Shown: positions 19,359 through 28,486 of the stretch, piece by piece
How the letters are laid out: each line of letters opens with the position of its first letter
Position numbering within the stretch: the stretch's first letter is position 1
From: Saccharolobus solfataricus P2
GTDB taxonomy: Archaea; Thermoproteota; Thermoprotei_A; Sulfolobales; Sulfolobaceae
Assembly: GCF_000007005.1 (NCBI RefSeq)
Contig: NC_002754.1
Length of the DNA stretch: 64,000 bases
Reading direction: 5' to 3' (one strand)
Notes under the pieces: generated by a model
The model's input: only the letters and a program-made list of their open reading frames with translations
What the model was told of the DNA's origin: nothing
Database searches by the model: none
Made by a program: the position numbers and the translations under genes

Positions 19359-21909
19359 TTTCTAAGAATTTCTCGAGCACATAATTTAATATTCCTCCTT
19401 TCTTAACATACATTAGTTCAACGTTATTATCTATTCTTGCAACTCCCTTAGTAGTTATTTTCTCGCCATTAGATTTTACGAACTCTATGGTTAATTCCTT
19501 TTTGGGTTTGAGATCCTTAATACCCTTTATGTTAACAGTCTCATCTCCCTTTATTCCCAAGTCTCTCCAGTCTGGAATTTGTATAGGTATTACACCCATA
19601 GCTACTAAGTTACTCCTATGTATCCTCTCAAAACTTTCTGCTAAGACAGCTTTGACTCCTAACAATTTAGTCACTTTTGCCGCCCAATCTCTTGAACTTC
19701 CACTTCCATACTGTTTACCAGCTACTATTACTAGAGGTACACCTTCCTTTTTATACTGCATTGCCACTTCATACACACTAGCTATCTTTCTATCTGGGAA
19801 GTGGACAGTATACCCTCCTTCTTTTTCCACTAATAGGTTCTTCATCTTAGGATTGAAGAATCCTCCTCTTAACATTACTTCATGGTTGCCTCTTCTAGCA
19901 CCATAGGTATTTAGATCGCTCACACCAAATTGCTTTAAGTATAATCCTGCGGGTGAATCTGGAGTAATTGGTCCAGCTGGCGAAATATGATCAGTAGTTA
20001 TCTTGTCTCCCAGTAGTAAAAGTATTCTAGCGTTAGTTATATCATCTAACTCCTCTTGTTTTTCTTCACTGTACCATGGGGGCAGCCTTATGTAGGTAGA
20101 CTTCTCATCCCAACTATATATGTCTCCTTGTGGTGTCTTTAATGAGTTCCATAATTCGTTTCCTTCAAAGATGTTGGAATTCCTTTTATATAATTCTGGT
20201 TTTAAGGCCATGTTCACGTAAGCTTTTATCTCCTTTAAAGAAGGCCAGATGTCTCTTAAATATACTGGTTTCCCATTAGGATCAAATCCTATAGGCTCAT
20301 TGTAGAAATCTATATCAATTCTCCCTGCTAATGCATAAGCAACTACTAATATCGGAGAGGCTAGAAAAGTACCCTTTAGTAGCGGGTTTATTCTACCTTC
20401 AAAATTCCTATTTCCACTAATTACCGCATAGGTCTCGATACCGTTTTCCTTAATGTCTTCCTCCACATATTTTGGTAAAGGTCCTGCATTGCCTATACAC
20501 GTAGTACATCCGAAGCCAACTAAGTGAAAACCTAAGGCCTCTAAATATGGTAGTAACCCTGTTTCCTTTAAGTACTCAGCTACAACCGGTGATCCAGGTG
20601 CAGTACTCGTTTTGATGTAGGGAGGTACTCTTAATCCCATCTCAACAGCCTTTTTAGCCAAGATACCTGCACCCAACATTACAGTAGGGTTAGAAGTATT
20701 TGTACAGCTGGTAATTGCAGCCAAAACTACAGCGTTATCCTCAACATATTTGCCCTTTTTCTTCTTCTCTTTGCTCAGTTTTCCTTTAACTTCTCTTAAG
20801 CTGATTCTCTCATCAGGGTTTCTAGGTCCCGCAATTGCCGGTTCAATCTTACTTAAATCCACTTCTACTATATCACTATATCTTATCTTCCTAGAATCGT
20901 CATAAAATAGTTCTTGTAACTGGGCGTATTTCTTAACGAATTCTCCATCTCTGTTTGTGAGTTCAAGATAGCTTACCGTTACATCATCAATCGGGAAGTA
21001 CGCTGCTGTTGCACCATACTCTGGTGCCATATTAGCTATGGTCGCCCTATCCGGTACTGAAAGTAATGATAAGGATGGTCCGAAGAATTCAACAAATTTA
21101 CTTACGACGTTCTTTTTCCTTAATAACTCTGTAATGTAAAGAACCACATCAGTAGGAGTTACCCCTTCTTGAATTTCTCCAGTTAATCTCACACCTATTA
21201 CCTCTGGTACATTAAGGTAGTATGGTTCTCCTAAAAGTACAGCCTCTGCTTCTAATCCGCCAACACCCCATCCTAGGATTCCCAGACCTTCAATCATAGT
21301 AGTGTGAGAATCTGTCCCAATTATTACCTCTGGAAACGCTGTTAATAAACCTTTGACTTCAGCCTTTGCGACTACAGTACTTAGGTACTCTAAGTTTACT
21401 TGATGAATTATACCCTTACCTGGAGGAACTATTCTTAAGTTCCTAAAAGCACCTTGAGCCCATTTTAAAAACTGATATCTTTCTAAATTTCTTTCAAATT
21501 CTTTTTTCATATTAAACTCTAGCGAGTAAACTGTGCCATAATAGTCAACTTGTACTGAGTGATCTATAACTAGGTCAGCAGGGACCACTGGGTTAATCAT
21601 TTTGGGATCCCTTTTCAGTTGAATCATCTTCTCCCTCATCGCAGCTAAATCCACTAGTAAGGGAACTCCAGTGTAATCTTGCATTACAACTCTAGTTGGC
21701 ATAAAAGCTAATTCCTCTCCTATTTTCCATTTTGTTATATTCTCAAGATCTTCCTCTGTAATTTTACTCCCATCTAGATTTCTGTATACATTTTCGATAA
21801 GTATTCTTATCGAATAGGGTAGATCACTTATTTTGTAACCTTTCTCTTCCAATTCTTTTAAGGGATAATAATATATCTCTGAGCCTTTGTATGAAAATTT
21901 ATTTGGCAT
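19342..21909 (-). CDS. acnA: Aconitate hydratase A
   Basis: DHSVQVD, GTDSHT, AITSCTNTSNP, GFGCTTCIGN, TTDHISP, GSGSSRDWAAK. Confidence 0.97.
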   Translation of the reverse strand: MPNKFSYKGSEIYYYPLKELEEKGYKISDLPYSIRILIENVYRNLDGSKITEEDLENITKWKIGEELAFMPTRVVMQDYTGVPLLVDLAAMREKMIQLKRDPKMINPVVPADLVIDHSVQVDYYGTVYSLEFNMKKEFERNLERYQFLKWAQGAFRNLRIVPPGKGIIHQVNLEYLSTVVAKAEVKGLLTAFPEVIIGTDSHTTMIEGLGILGWGVGGLEAEAVLLGEPYYLNVPEVIGVRLTGEIQEGVTPTDVVLYITELLRKKNVVSKFVEFFGPSLSLLSVPDRATIANMAPEYGATAAYFPIDDVTVSYLELTNRDGEFVKKYAQLQELFYDDSRKIRYSDIVEVDLSKIEPAIAGPRNPDERISLREVKGKLSKEKKKKGKYVEDNAVVLAAITSCTNTSNPTVMLGAGILAKKAVEMGLRVPPYIKTSTAPGSPVVAEYLKETGLLPYLEALGFHLVGFGCTTCIGNAGPLPKYVEEDIKENGIETYAVISGNRNFEGRINPLLKGTFLASPILVVAYALAGRIDIDFYNEPIGFDPNGKPVYLRDIWPSLKEIKAYVNMALKPELYKRNSNIFEGNELWNSLKTPQGDIYSWDEKSTYIRLPPWYSEEKQEELDDITNARILLLLGDKITTDHISPAGPITPDSPAGLYLKQFGVSDLNTYGARRGNHEVMLRGGFFNPKMKNLLVEKEGGYTVHFPDRKIASVYEVAMQYKKEGVPLVIVAGKQYGSGSSRDWAAKVTKLLGVKAVLAESFERIHRSNLVAMGVIPIQIPDWRDLGIKGDETVNIKGIKDLKPKKELTIEFVKSNGEKITTKGVARIDNNVELMYVKKGGILNYVLEKFLENERKS

Positions 21910-21998
21910 ATATAAACAGACTCATTCAAAGCAAAAAAATTAGTTTATAAAACGATTGTCAGTGTTAAAGATATTTACGCTACATAATAGTATTATAT

Positions 21999-22727
21999 GT
22001 GAGCGAGATTTTAGAGATCTGCAAGAAAGTTAAACTACTTGCGTATTTTGGATCGTACACAAGGCAAGAGGATTTCGTAGAGGGTATCTCAGATATAAAC
22101 GTTTTCCTCATATCTGAGGATAAATACTTAATACTAGAGCTTGCGAGTTTAGGCTATTCTCCAATTGAACTTTCTGAAAAGAGTTTCATAGATCTATGTG
22201 AGAAAGGTGATCCAATCTGTTATTATTTGCTTTACGATTCTAACGTAGTCTGTGGTCAATTTCCTAAGAGCGTTAAATTCAATTTAAATGACTTTACATG
22301 TGAAAGGATTAGAAGATCAATTTTTCCCCTCTTATCATTATCAGTTTCAAGTTTTTTAAGGCAAGATGAGATTTCCGCTGTTTCAAACTCCTTTAGGGCT
22401 TTGAGAAGTATTATACAATGGAGATCGTGTACTGATCTAAAGACTATTCCATTAAGGAATGATGACTTGAGGGATAGATGTAGAGAACTAAATCTTTCAA
22501 TATGTAACGAATTTTCAGATATAGTGTTAATTAGACGTAGGAAAGCCCCACTATCGTTATGGAGTTTGGACAAGATAGTTGAGGCTATCTGTAGCGAGTT
22601 AAAAATCAGCTGTACTAAGCCATCTAAAATTTTACAAGTAGTTAAGAATCCTATACAAGTTACATACAAAGAAGATGGTAGGGTTACGGTAAAGGATAGC
22701 TTAAATAGGGAAACGAAGATAGCATAA
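21999..22727 (+). CDS. Minimal nucleotidyltransferase domain fused to a HEPN-like helical domain
   Basis: YFGSYTR…ISDINV MNT-like motif followed by a helical C-terminal region. Confidence 0.6.
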   Translation: MSEILEICKKVKLLAYFGSYTRQEDFVEGISDINVFLISEDKYLILELASLGYSPIELSEKSFIDLCEKGDPICYYLLYDSNVVCGQFPKSVKFNLNDFTCERIRRSIFPLLSLSVSSFLRQDEISAVSNSFRALRSIIQWRSCTDLKTIPLRNDDLRDRCRELNLSICNEFSDIVLIRRRKAPLSLWSLDKIVEAICSELKISCTKPSKILQVVKNPIQVTYKEDGRVTVKDSLNRETKIA

Positions 22728-22761
22728 AATTTTTTACTGTAAAATGATATTATAGTAATTG

Positions 22762-23226
22762 ATGAGCGAAGAGATTAACCGTGATATGGAAAGAGCAGAA
22801 GAATATGAACAAACAACAACTAGGGTTTCTGTGTTAGGTCAAAATAGATTTGAATTAAGTACTGGGCTCATTATTGCTGCTAGATACGCAGATAAGTTAA
22901 GAAGAGTAGCATTAGTAGCATTTAGTAAGATAGCTCCTAAGGAAGTTATTATTAGGGATGTGAGTGAGCTGAATAAGCAGTTATATACTAAAATTGTTGA
23001 GGAGATGAAGCTAGGTAAATTAGATGTTATTAGAATATCAGTAGATGCTGAATATGATGATCGAAATAAAAAATTAATTTTTAGTAATTTACGAATCTTG
23101 AGATATATTACTGAAGAACAGTGTGGGGAGAAGTATAAGGATATCATAAGTGAGAATGAAAGATTAAAAGGAGAAATTTTAGAATTAAAGAAAAAATTAG
23201 AGGATATATTATCCCTTTTAAAGTAA
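22762..23226 (+). CDS. DUF2258 / ThermoDBP-related nucleic-acid-binding protein
   Basis: ELSTGLIIAARYADKLRRV…DVIRISV motif plus C-terminal leucine zipper. Confidence 0.75.
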   Translation: MSEEINRDMERAEEYEQTTTRVSVLGQNRFELSTGLIIAARYADKLRRVALVAFSKIAPKEVIIRDVSELNKQLYTKIVEEMKLGKLDVIRISVDAEYDDRNKKLIFSNLRILRYITEEQCGEKYKDIISENERLKGEILELKKKLEDILSLLK

Positions 23227-23233
23227 AAAACAA

Positions 23234-23530
23234 TTACCCTTTTATTATCCCTATTATGAATCCTATAATGAATGTTATGGAAGTATATGGAATTACAGAT
23301 TTCAAGTTCTCTGCGCTCGAAATTACTGAAGGTAATTTTGCCGATAATGTATGTAAGAAGTTTATTACATCTTGAGGCGTTATGTAACCGACTGCGATTA
23401 GTATTATAACGATGGCAAGTAGTATGAGGCCTATTTGTATAATCTTTTTTACTAAAAAACCTATTAGTAACCCCAACAAAAATGCTATAATAATTGAAAC
23501 TATTCCGCTAGTAGTCAATATTGGTAACAT
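23234..23530 (-). CDS. FUN14-family membrane protein
   Basis: FLLGLLIGFLVKKIIQIGLILLAIVIILIAVGYIT pattern. Confidence 0.75.
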   Translation of the reverse strand: MLPILTTSGIVSIIIAFLLGLLIGFLVKKIIQIGLILLAIVIILIAVGYITPQDVINFLHTLSAKLPSVISSAENLKSVIPYTSITFIIGFIIGIIKG

Positions 23531-23583
23531 ACTAAGTATATTTTATAATCAAACTTATAACTCTGTATGGAGTAGCATGAGAT

Positions 23584-23883
23584 ATGAAAGTTGTAAAGTA
23601 CAATTTGAAGGCTAAGATTGAAAGAGCTGGGAGAGATCCTATAACCATAGAGAGGAAATTCAGAAAATTAGTTAATGCAAGAAAGTTTATAGATGAAGTA
23701 GTAGGAGAAGATCAAGTAAAGTGTACTCCATTAAGTAAGTCTGAGACTTTAATTACTAAGCAGTGTGAAGGTGATCAAGTAAAGTACTTCTTCGAAATTA
23801 CTATAGAGAGGATCAAGAAACCAAAGAAGGAGGAAAAGCCGGAGAAAGAGGAAAAGAAACAAGAACAAGGAACTACTCCTTAA
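23584..23883 (+). CDS. Hypothetical protein with charged C-terminal tail
   Basis: 99-aa ORF, KKPKKEEKPEKEEKK tail. Confidence 0.7.
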   Translation: MKVVKYNLKAKIERAGRDPITIERKFRKLVNARKFIDEVVGEDQVKCTPLSKSETLITKQCEGDQVKYFFEITIERIKKPKKEEKPEKEEKKQEQGTTP

Positions 23884-24065
23884 TCACCGTAATGTACTCT
23901 AGTTTCTCTTAACCATTTCCTAAAGCAAGATTTAGAACAAAATAAATAAGCCTTATTTTTATGTACTAAAATAAACTCAGCGTACTCTACCTCTTTCCCA
24001 CACTGAGTACAAGTACCAAAATTAGGAATAGATAAAATTTGTCTTATAGACTTGAATTCAGCCAT
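23880..24065 (-). CDS. TRASH/YHS-type metal-binding microprotein
   Basis: CTQCG…YLFCSKSC (CxxC-x19-CSxxC). Confidence 0.75.
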   Translation of the reverse strand: MAEFKSIRQILSIPNFGTCTQCGKEVEYAEFILVHKNKAYLFCSKSCFRKWLRETRVHYGD

Positions 24066-24090
24066 ATGATATAGTTTTGCTGAAAAAGGT

Positions 24091-24474
24091 TTAAATGACT
24101 ATTTCTAATGCGGTGTGCTTCTGTAATGCCTCTTTAACAGTTCCTGCAAGTTTTTCTAGATCTGCCTCCAATTTCCTATATAATCTCTCTTTTTCTACCC
24201 AGTATATGTAGTTTGGTCTTCCTTTTCTTTCCTCTTTTTCAGCTGGAGCCTTTTCCCTCTGTATTAAGCCCTTGTCAAGTAAGTTATTTAGTGCCTTGCT
24301 TATAGACGCTTTAGTTACATTTAATTTCTGGGAGAGATCATCAGTAGTCATCTTTCCATTTTGTAGTAGTATGTGTAATACTTCTACATCGCTTTTAGAT
24401 AGACCGTACATGAATGCTATGAAATCGTGTATATCTACTTCCCTTCCATCAGGGAACCTTACTTTTTCAGCCAT
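24091..24474 (-). CDS. Lrs14-family (AbfR1-like) winged-helix DNA-binding protein
   Basis: MYGLSKSDVEVL…TKASISKALNNLLDKGLI…GRPNYIY. Confidence 0.85.
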   Translation of the reverse strand: MAEKVRFPDGREVDIHDFIAFMYGLSKSDVEVLHILLQNGKMTTDDLSQKLNVTKASISKALNNLLDKGLIQREKAPAEKEERKGRPNYIYWVEKERLYRKLEADLEKLAGTVKEALQKHTALEIVI

Positions 24475-24521
24475 TTGTTTTTCACCATATATCTATTTAG
24501 CTTACTTACTTAAAAAAGTCG

Positions 24522-24559
24522 TGTATATCTAAATATACATTTGTGTATAAAAGTATACA
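24522..24559. promoter_or_regulatory. Array of alternating TGTATA/TATACA half-sites in a divergent promoter region
   Basis: TGTATA 24522-27, TATACA 24534-39, TGTATA 24544-49, TATACA 24554-59. Confidence 0.5.
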
Positions 24560-24676
24560 AATATATTTCAAATATACTCTATGAAAGCTTATTATTACGA
24601 TAAACTCCATTAATGGTCAAATATAAATATTCATAATAAATACTGTTAAATATTTTCGTGAAGAGATATAATATAT

Positions 24677-24997
24677 ATGCGTTACTCCACATATTGTGAA
24701 GATGGATATATTAATATCGTTCCGGCTCTTAAGGTTGCGTTAATAATTAGTTTGCTAAGTAAGGGCCAACCACTTCGAGAGGCTTGCAGATGTGTTAACA
24801 TGTCGATTACTGCGTATGAGAGACATAAGAAGGATAGTGTGGAAAAGATCCAGAAAATCAGAGAAGACAAAGAAATTAGTCAAATGATCGATTCTTTGTC
24901 CTCGAGAATAATTAATAAGGAGAAAATAGATCCAATGCTGTTCTGTCTAGTTTGTAGTAAGTCACGAAGGTTATTTAACTTACCAGTATGTTTTTAA
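24677..24997 (+). CDS. Small HTH transcriptional regulator with several Cys residues
   Basis: PALKVALIISLLSKGQPLREACRCVNMSITAY HTH-like segment; N-terminal YCE and C-terminal FCLVC. Confidence 0.65.
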   Translation: MRYSTYCEDGYINIVPALKVALIISLLSKGQPLREACRCVNMSITAYERHKKDSVEKIQKIREDKEISQMIDSLSSRIINKEKIDPMLFCLVCSKSRRLFNLPVCF

Positions 24998-25001
24998 AAC
25001 T

Positions 25002-26138
25002 GTGAAAGCGAAGAGAGTAATTTTTCTCTCAGCATCCTCATTTTTTCTCTCCTATTTTTCCAGAGTGACTTGGAGTATTGTAGCGCCTCTTTCTACGTTA
25101 AAAACTACTACTACTGAAGATAGTATAATATTTGCACTTTTCTTCTTGGGCTATATTCTAGTCCAAATTCCTTCTGGGATGTTAGCAGATCGTATTTCTG
25201 CAAATCACCTACTTTTCCTCTCTTTATTAGGTGTGGCAATTACGTCGTTTATCTCATCGACTTTTCCTCTCATTATGCTTGAATATGTCGCCAGTTTTCT
25301 AATGGGTTTTTCAGCTGGATGGATTTATCCTATTACAGTAAAACTCTTGAGTGCATCCTTTGATAGCAGAGACTTACCGATTGCCATGAGTATTTACAGT
25401 ATATCTTGGCCTTTATCCATCGTAGCTTCGGGAGTTATAATACCCTTTTTAGCTTTAACATTTGGTTGGGAGTTCTCGTTCTATTTTATAACTGCACTTT
25501 CTATAATTTTAGGTATTTTAGCTCTCCTCTATCTTCCTTCCTTGAAGTTATCTAAAAGTATAATTAAATTTAAGGATGTGGTTAAGGATAAAAACTCCAT
25601 ATATATCTCAGTTGGAGGTTTTTTATTCTATTTAACATATTGGATCCTTGTTCTATATCTTTACAAGTATTTACTTAGTGTAGTCGGAAACGAATACACG
25701 GCGGGTATCATTTACTCATTCACTGCATTAACTGGAATTTTCTCTACTATTCTAGCTGGTTATATAATAAAATCTTTAGGTGTTAAAAGGACTTTTCTAT
25801 CGTTTATTACTCTCTATAGTTTTTCGTTACTCCTTTTTTCGTTTTCAAAAAATGTGATAGTTATTGGTATTGACGCATTAGCCTTAGGTTTCTTTAGGTT
25901 CGTTATAACGCCAACAAGCTCTACAGCAGTTGCTGTAATCGGAGGAAAAGAAAGGAGTGGTAGTGTAACTGGCCTTGCTAACTTCTTTTGGCAATTTAGC
26001 GGTATAGTTGGGTCCATAATTGCTCCTCTTCTAATAAACTTATTTACTTATACATATTTGTGGACTTTTGTTAGCGTGTTTTCTTTTCTTTCTTTAATTT
26101 TTTACTATAAACTTAAATTTATGAGAGATTATCTTTAA
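25002..26138 (+). CDS. MFS transporter
   Basis: About 12 hydrophobic segments, QIPSGMLADR motif A. Confidence 0.9.
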   Translation: MKAKRVIFLSASSFFLSYFSRVTWSIVAPLSTLKTTTTEDSIIFALFFLGYILVQIPSGMLADRISANHLLFLSLLGVAITSFISSTFPLIMLEYVASFLMGFSAGWIYPITVKLLSASFDSRDLPIAMSIYSISWPLSIVASGVIIPFLALTFGWEFSFYFITALSIILGILALLYLPSLKLSKSIIKFKDVVKDKNSIYISVGGFLFYLTYWILVLYLYKYLLSVVGNEYTAGIIYSFTALTGIFSTILAGYIIKSLGVKRTFLSFITLYSFSLLLFSFSKNVIVIGIDALALGFFRFVITPTSSTAVAVIGGKERSGSVTGLANFFWQFSGIVGSIIAPLLINLFTYTYLWTFVSVFSFLSLIFYYKLKFMRDYL

Positions 26139-26466
26139 GATCTAAGCTCATTCGTTCCACTTCTGCGGAGGAAAGCGTATCAAGTATCTTTCTCATATAA
26201 GCTTTCACAAAATAGTATATCTTATATTTTCGAAATATCTCATCTTCTTTTTCCACTACTTGACTTAAATAATCTTCAGGGTGATATTTAACTACCTTAA
26301 ATTTCTTTCCCTCAACCTCGATTTCATTAGGAACGTTTAATGTAGTAACCAGAAGTATCTCACTACTATTTATTCCGGCAAGGTAAACGTAAAACTTATC
26401 AACCTTATCTAATGCGCTTAACAGTATTTCTTTATCATCTAACAACTCTTTTTGCCTCCTCCTCAA
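26119..26466 (-). CDS. Hypothetical protein, possibly a degenerate nucleotidyltransferase fold
   Basis: 115-aa ORF overlapping the lbpA stop; beta-strand pattern VYLAG…EILLVT resembles MNT but lacks the GS/DxD motif. Confidence 0.6.
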   Translation of the reverse strand: MRRRQKELLDDKEILLSALDKVDKFYVYLAGINSSEILLVTTLNVPNEIEVEGKKFKVVKYHPEDYLSQVVEKEDEIFRKYKIYYFVKAYMRKILDTLSSAEVERMSLDLKDNLS

Positions 26467-26857
26467 ATTGTTTGTATACCTCTTGAATTGGTTTGAAAGT
26501 TCTTTTTATAATATCCATATCCTCTACCCTTATCTTAACTATCCAACTATCATAGGGTCTTTCATTAATTATTGAAGGGTTTTTTACTACTTCTTCATTT
26601 ACGTCAAAGACTTCACCCTCTATTGGCAACCTAAACTTACCTATCCACTTTGCACTTTCAATAGAGAAGAGCACGCTTCTTCCATTTACTTTCTCACCTT
26701 TCTGCTTTGCCGTAACTTGGAATATTTTACCAGCCATATATTGTCCTAGATCAGTGACACCTATACTAACTACACTATTATCCTCTATTCTTACCCACAC
26801 ATGTTTTTCAGGTTCATAAAGTAAATCGTCAGGGAATGTAAAACCTAGGATCTTCAT
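26435..26857 (-). CDS. lbpA: GcvH-like lipoate-binding protein
   Basis: PDDLLY…HVWVR…IGVTD, lipoyl-Lys motif IESAKW, NPSIINERPY; no GcvP or GcvT in the window, but sHdr and lipoate genes are nearby. Confidence 0.85.
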   Translation of the reverse strand: MKILGFTFPDDLLYEPEKHVWVRIEDNSVVSIGVTDLGQYMAGKIFQVTAKQKGEKVNGRSVLFSIESAKWIGKFRLPIEGEVFDVNEEVVKNPSIINERPYDSWIVKIRVEDMDIIKRTFKPIQEVYKQFEEEAKRVVR

Positions 26858-26909
26858 AAATATTTGACATATTTTTAAGCTTATAAACTTTATTTAGTAA
26901 ACCATAATT

Positions 26910-27404
26910 ATGGTTAATTTCGCAGTTTGGTTAGATGGTGTAATTCTAAAAATAGACCTAACTGATTCACTTTACAAGATCTATAAGGGAGATCAAATTA
27001 GCTTACCCATTACGTATGAGGTTAATGATGACTGGATTAAAGTCTACGATAGAATTAGAGAAGCGAATTTAGCCATACTCTCTCCCTATGACGAAATCAC
27101 TACAAAGGCTATTTTGGAAAGAATTAACTTGAAACCCACTTACGTTATAGCTAATAGAGGAAAAACTAAACCATCAAGAGAGCCGTATAGGATTTTAATC
27201 GAGGTCACTGGATGGGATCCTTTACAAGTAGTAACTTTAGCTTCTTCTCCCCTAGATTTGTTATCTGCGAGGTTTTTTGATTCTAGAATTAAAGTTATTT
27301 GTGTGAAGAGATATCAAGATTGCTCTAAGTACTCTCCCTTCTTATATTCTGAAAATTTGGATGACGCTATATCCTCACTTAAGAGACTTAAAATTATAAG
27401 GTAA
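26910..27404 (+). CDS. HAD-superfamily-like protein (degenerate)
   Basis: VWLDGVI motif I remnant, KTKPSREPY motif; the nucleophile Asp region is altered. Confidence 0.55.
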   Translation: MVNFAVWLDGVILKIDLTDSLYKIYKGDQISLPITYEVNDDWIKVYDRIREANLAILSPYDEITTKAILERINLKPTYVIANRGKTKPSREPYRILIEVTGWDPLQVVTLASSPLDLLSARFFDSRIKVICVKRYQDCSKYSPFLYSENLDDAISSLKRLKIIR

Positions 27405-27453
27405 GAAAAAGAGTTTTAAATGAATTTATAATTTCTGAATAAAATATAAGAAT

Positions 27454-27804
27454 ATGTCAATTGAGAATGAGGCTAAGAAGTTAGCTGCCACTTATGCGAG
27501 ATGGTTGAGGAATCCACAAGATGCTCTCTTTGGGAAAGATGGAGAGGGAGTTGTTCTTAAAATTTATAAGAAAATAAAGCAAGCTAAAGATAAAAATGAA
27601 ATAATAGAGATATTAAGGTTAGATCAGTACACAATGGAAAAGACTACGTTTAACGATATGACCAGATTTGTAAACGATTTACTAAATAAGATTCAGCAAA
27701 TGGATGATCAACTCGCTTTGAGATTTACTGTGGAGGTATTTAGATATTTTCAAATAGCATTGGCTACTAAAATGGAGGATATGAATAAGGGTTTATGGAC
27801 GTAG
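27454..27804 (+). CDS. Hypothetical all-alpha protein
   Basis: 116-aa ORF with its own TATA-like box; helical amphipathic pattern. Confidence 0.75.
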   Translation: MSIENEAKKLAATYARWLRNPQDALFGKDGEGVVLKIYKKIKQAKDKNEIIEILRLDQYTMEKTTFNDMTRFVNDLLNKIQQMDDQLALRFTVEVFRYFQIALATKMEDMNKGLWT

Positions 27805-27882
27805 AATTTCCAAAAAATCACGTTAACTTTTTTTGCTAAAATAAGGAAAGATTTATATATACGTTTTTTCTGATATATTCAT

Positions 27883-28260
27883 ATGCAAGTAGAGAATATA
27901 AGAGTTAGGCTCCCATCTGGAAAAGAAGTTGGATTAGTAGACGCACTAAATTTCTGCTATGATATTTCAGATACGGACTTCCAGGTGTTAAAGACATTAC
28001 TAAATAGTGGACCAAAGACTGAAGACGAACTAGCTGAAATGCTTCATTTAAGTAAGGCTTCAATAAATAGATCGGTAAATAAGTTAGTTTCCTTGGGTTT
28101 TGTAGATAGGGTAAAGGACTCATCATCGAAGGGAGGTAGGCCAAGATATATATACAAACCTATAGATGCGGATAGAATTACCACGAAGATTTCAAATGAT
28201 TTCAAATATTGTGCTGACTTATTCTCTAGCGTGATACCACAAGAATTGAAAGAAAAGTAA
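27883..28260 (+). CDS. lrs14: Lrs14 DNA-binding protein
   Basis: [13 protein letters not shown]…[18 protein letters not shown]…GGRPRYIY; 125 aa, matching my recollection of S. solfataricus Lrs14. Confidence 0.8.
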
Positions 28261-28486
28261 GTAAATTTATTTTAATCTTCGTTTTTCTTACATTTAAACG
28301 TAAATCTATCTGGTTCTCTTAAAAAAGCTAACATACATATTTCGGTGTCGAAATAATACTTAATGTTACTATGATCAGTAGTATAGGGTGTGCATTCAGC
28401 TTCAAATAGCCTATTGCATACTGGGCATACGACCTTCATGCTGTCAAAATAAAATTTTTTATCTTTATAACGTTAATTCTTTGACT

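Noticed and set aside
28388-28486. Cys-rich N-terminal extension of the TusA-like ORF
   Set aside because: It spans the TATA box; the real start is most likely ATG 28487.
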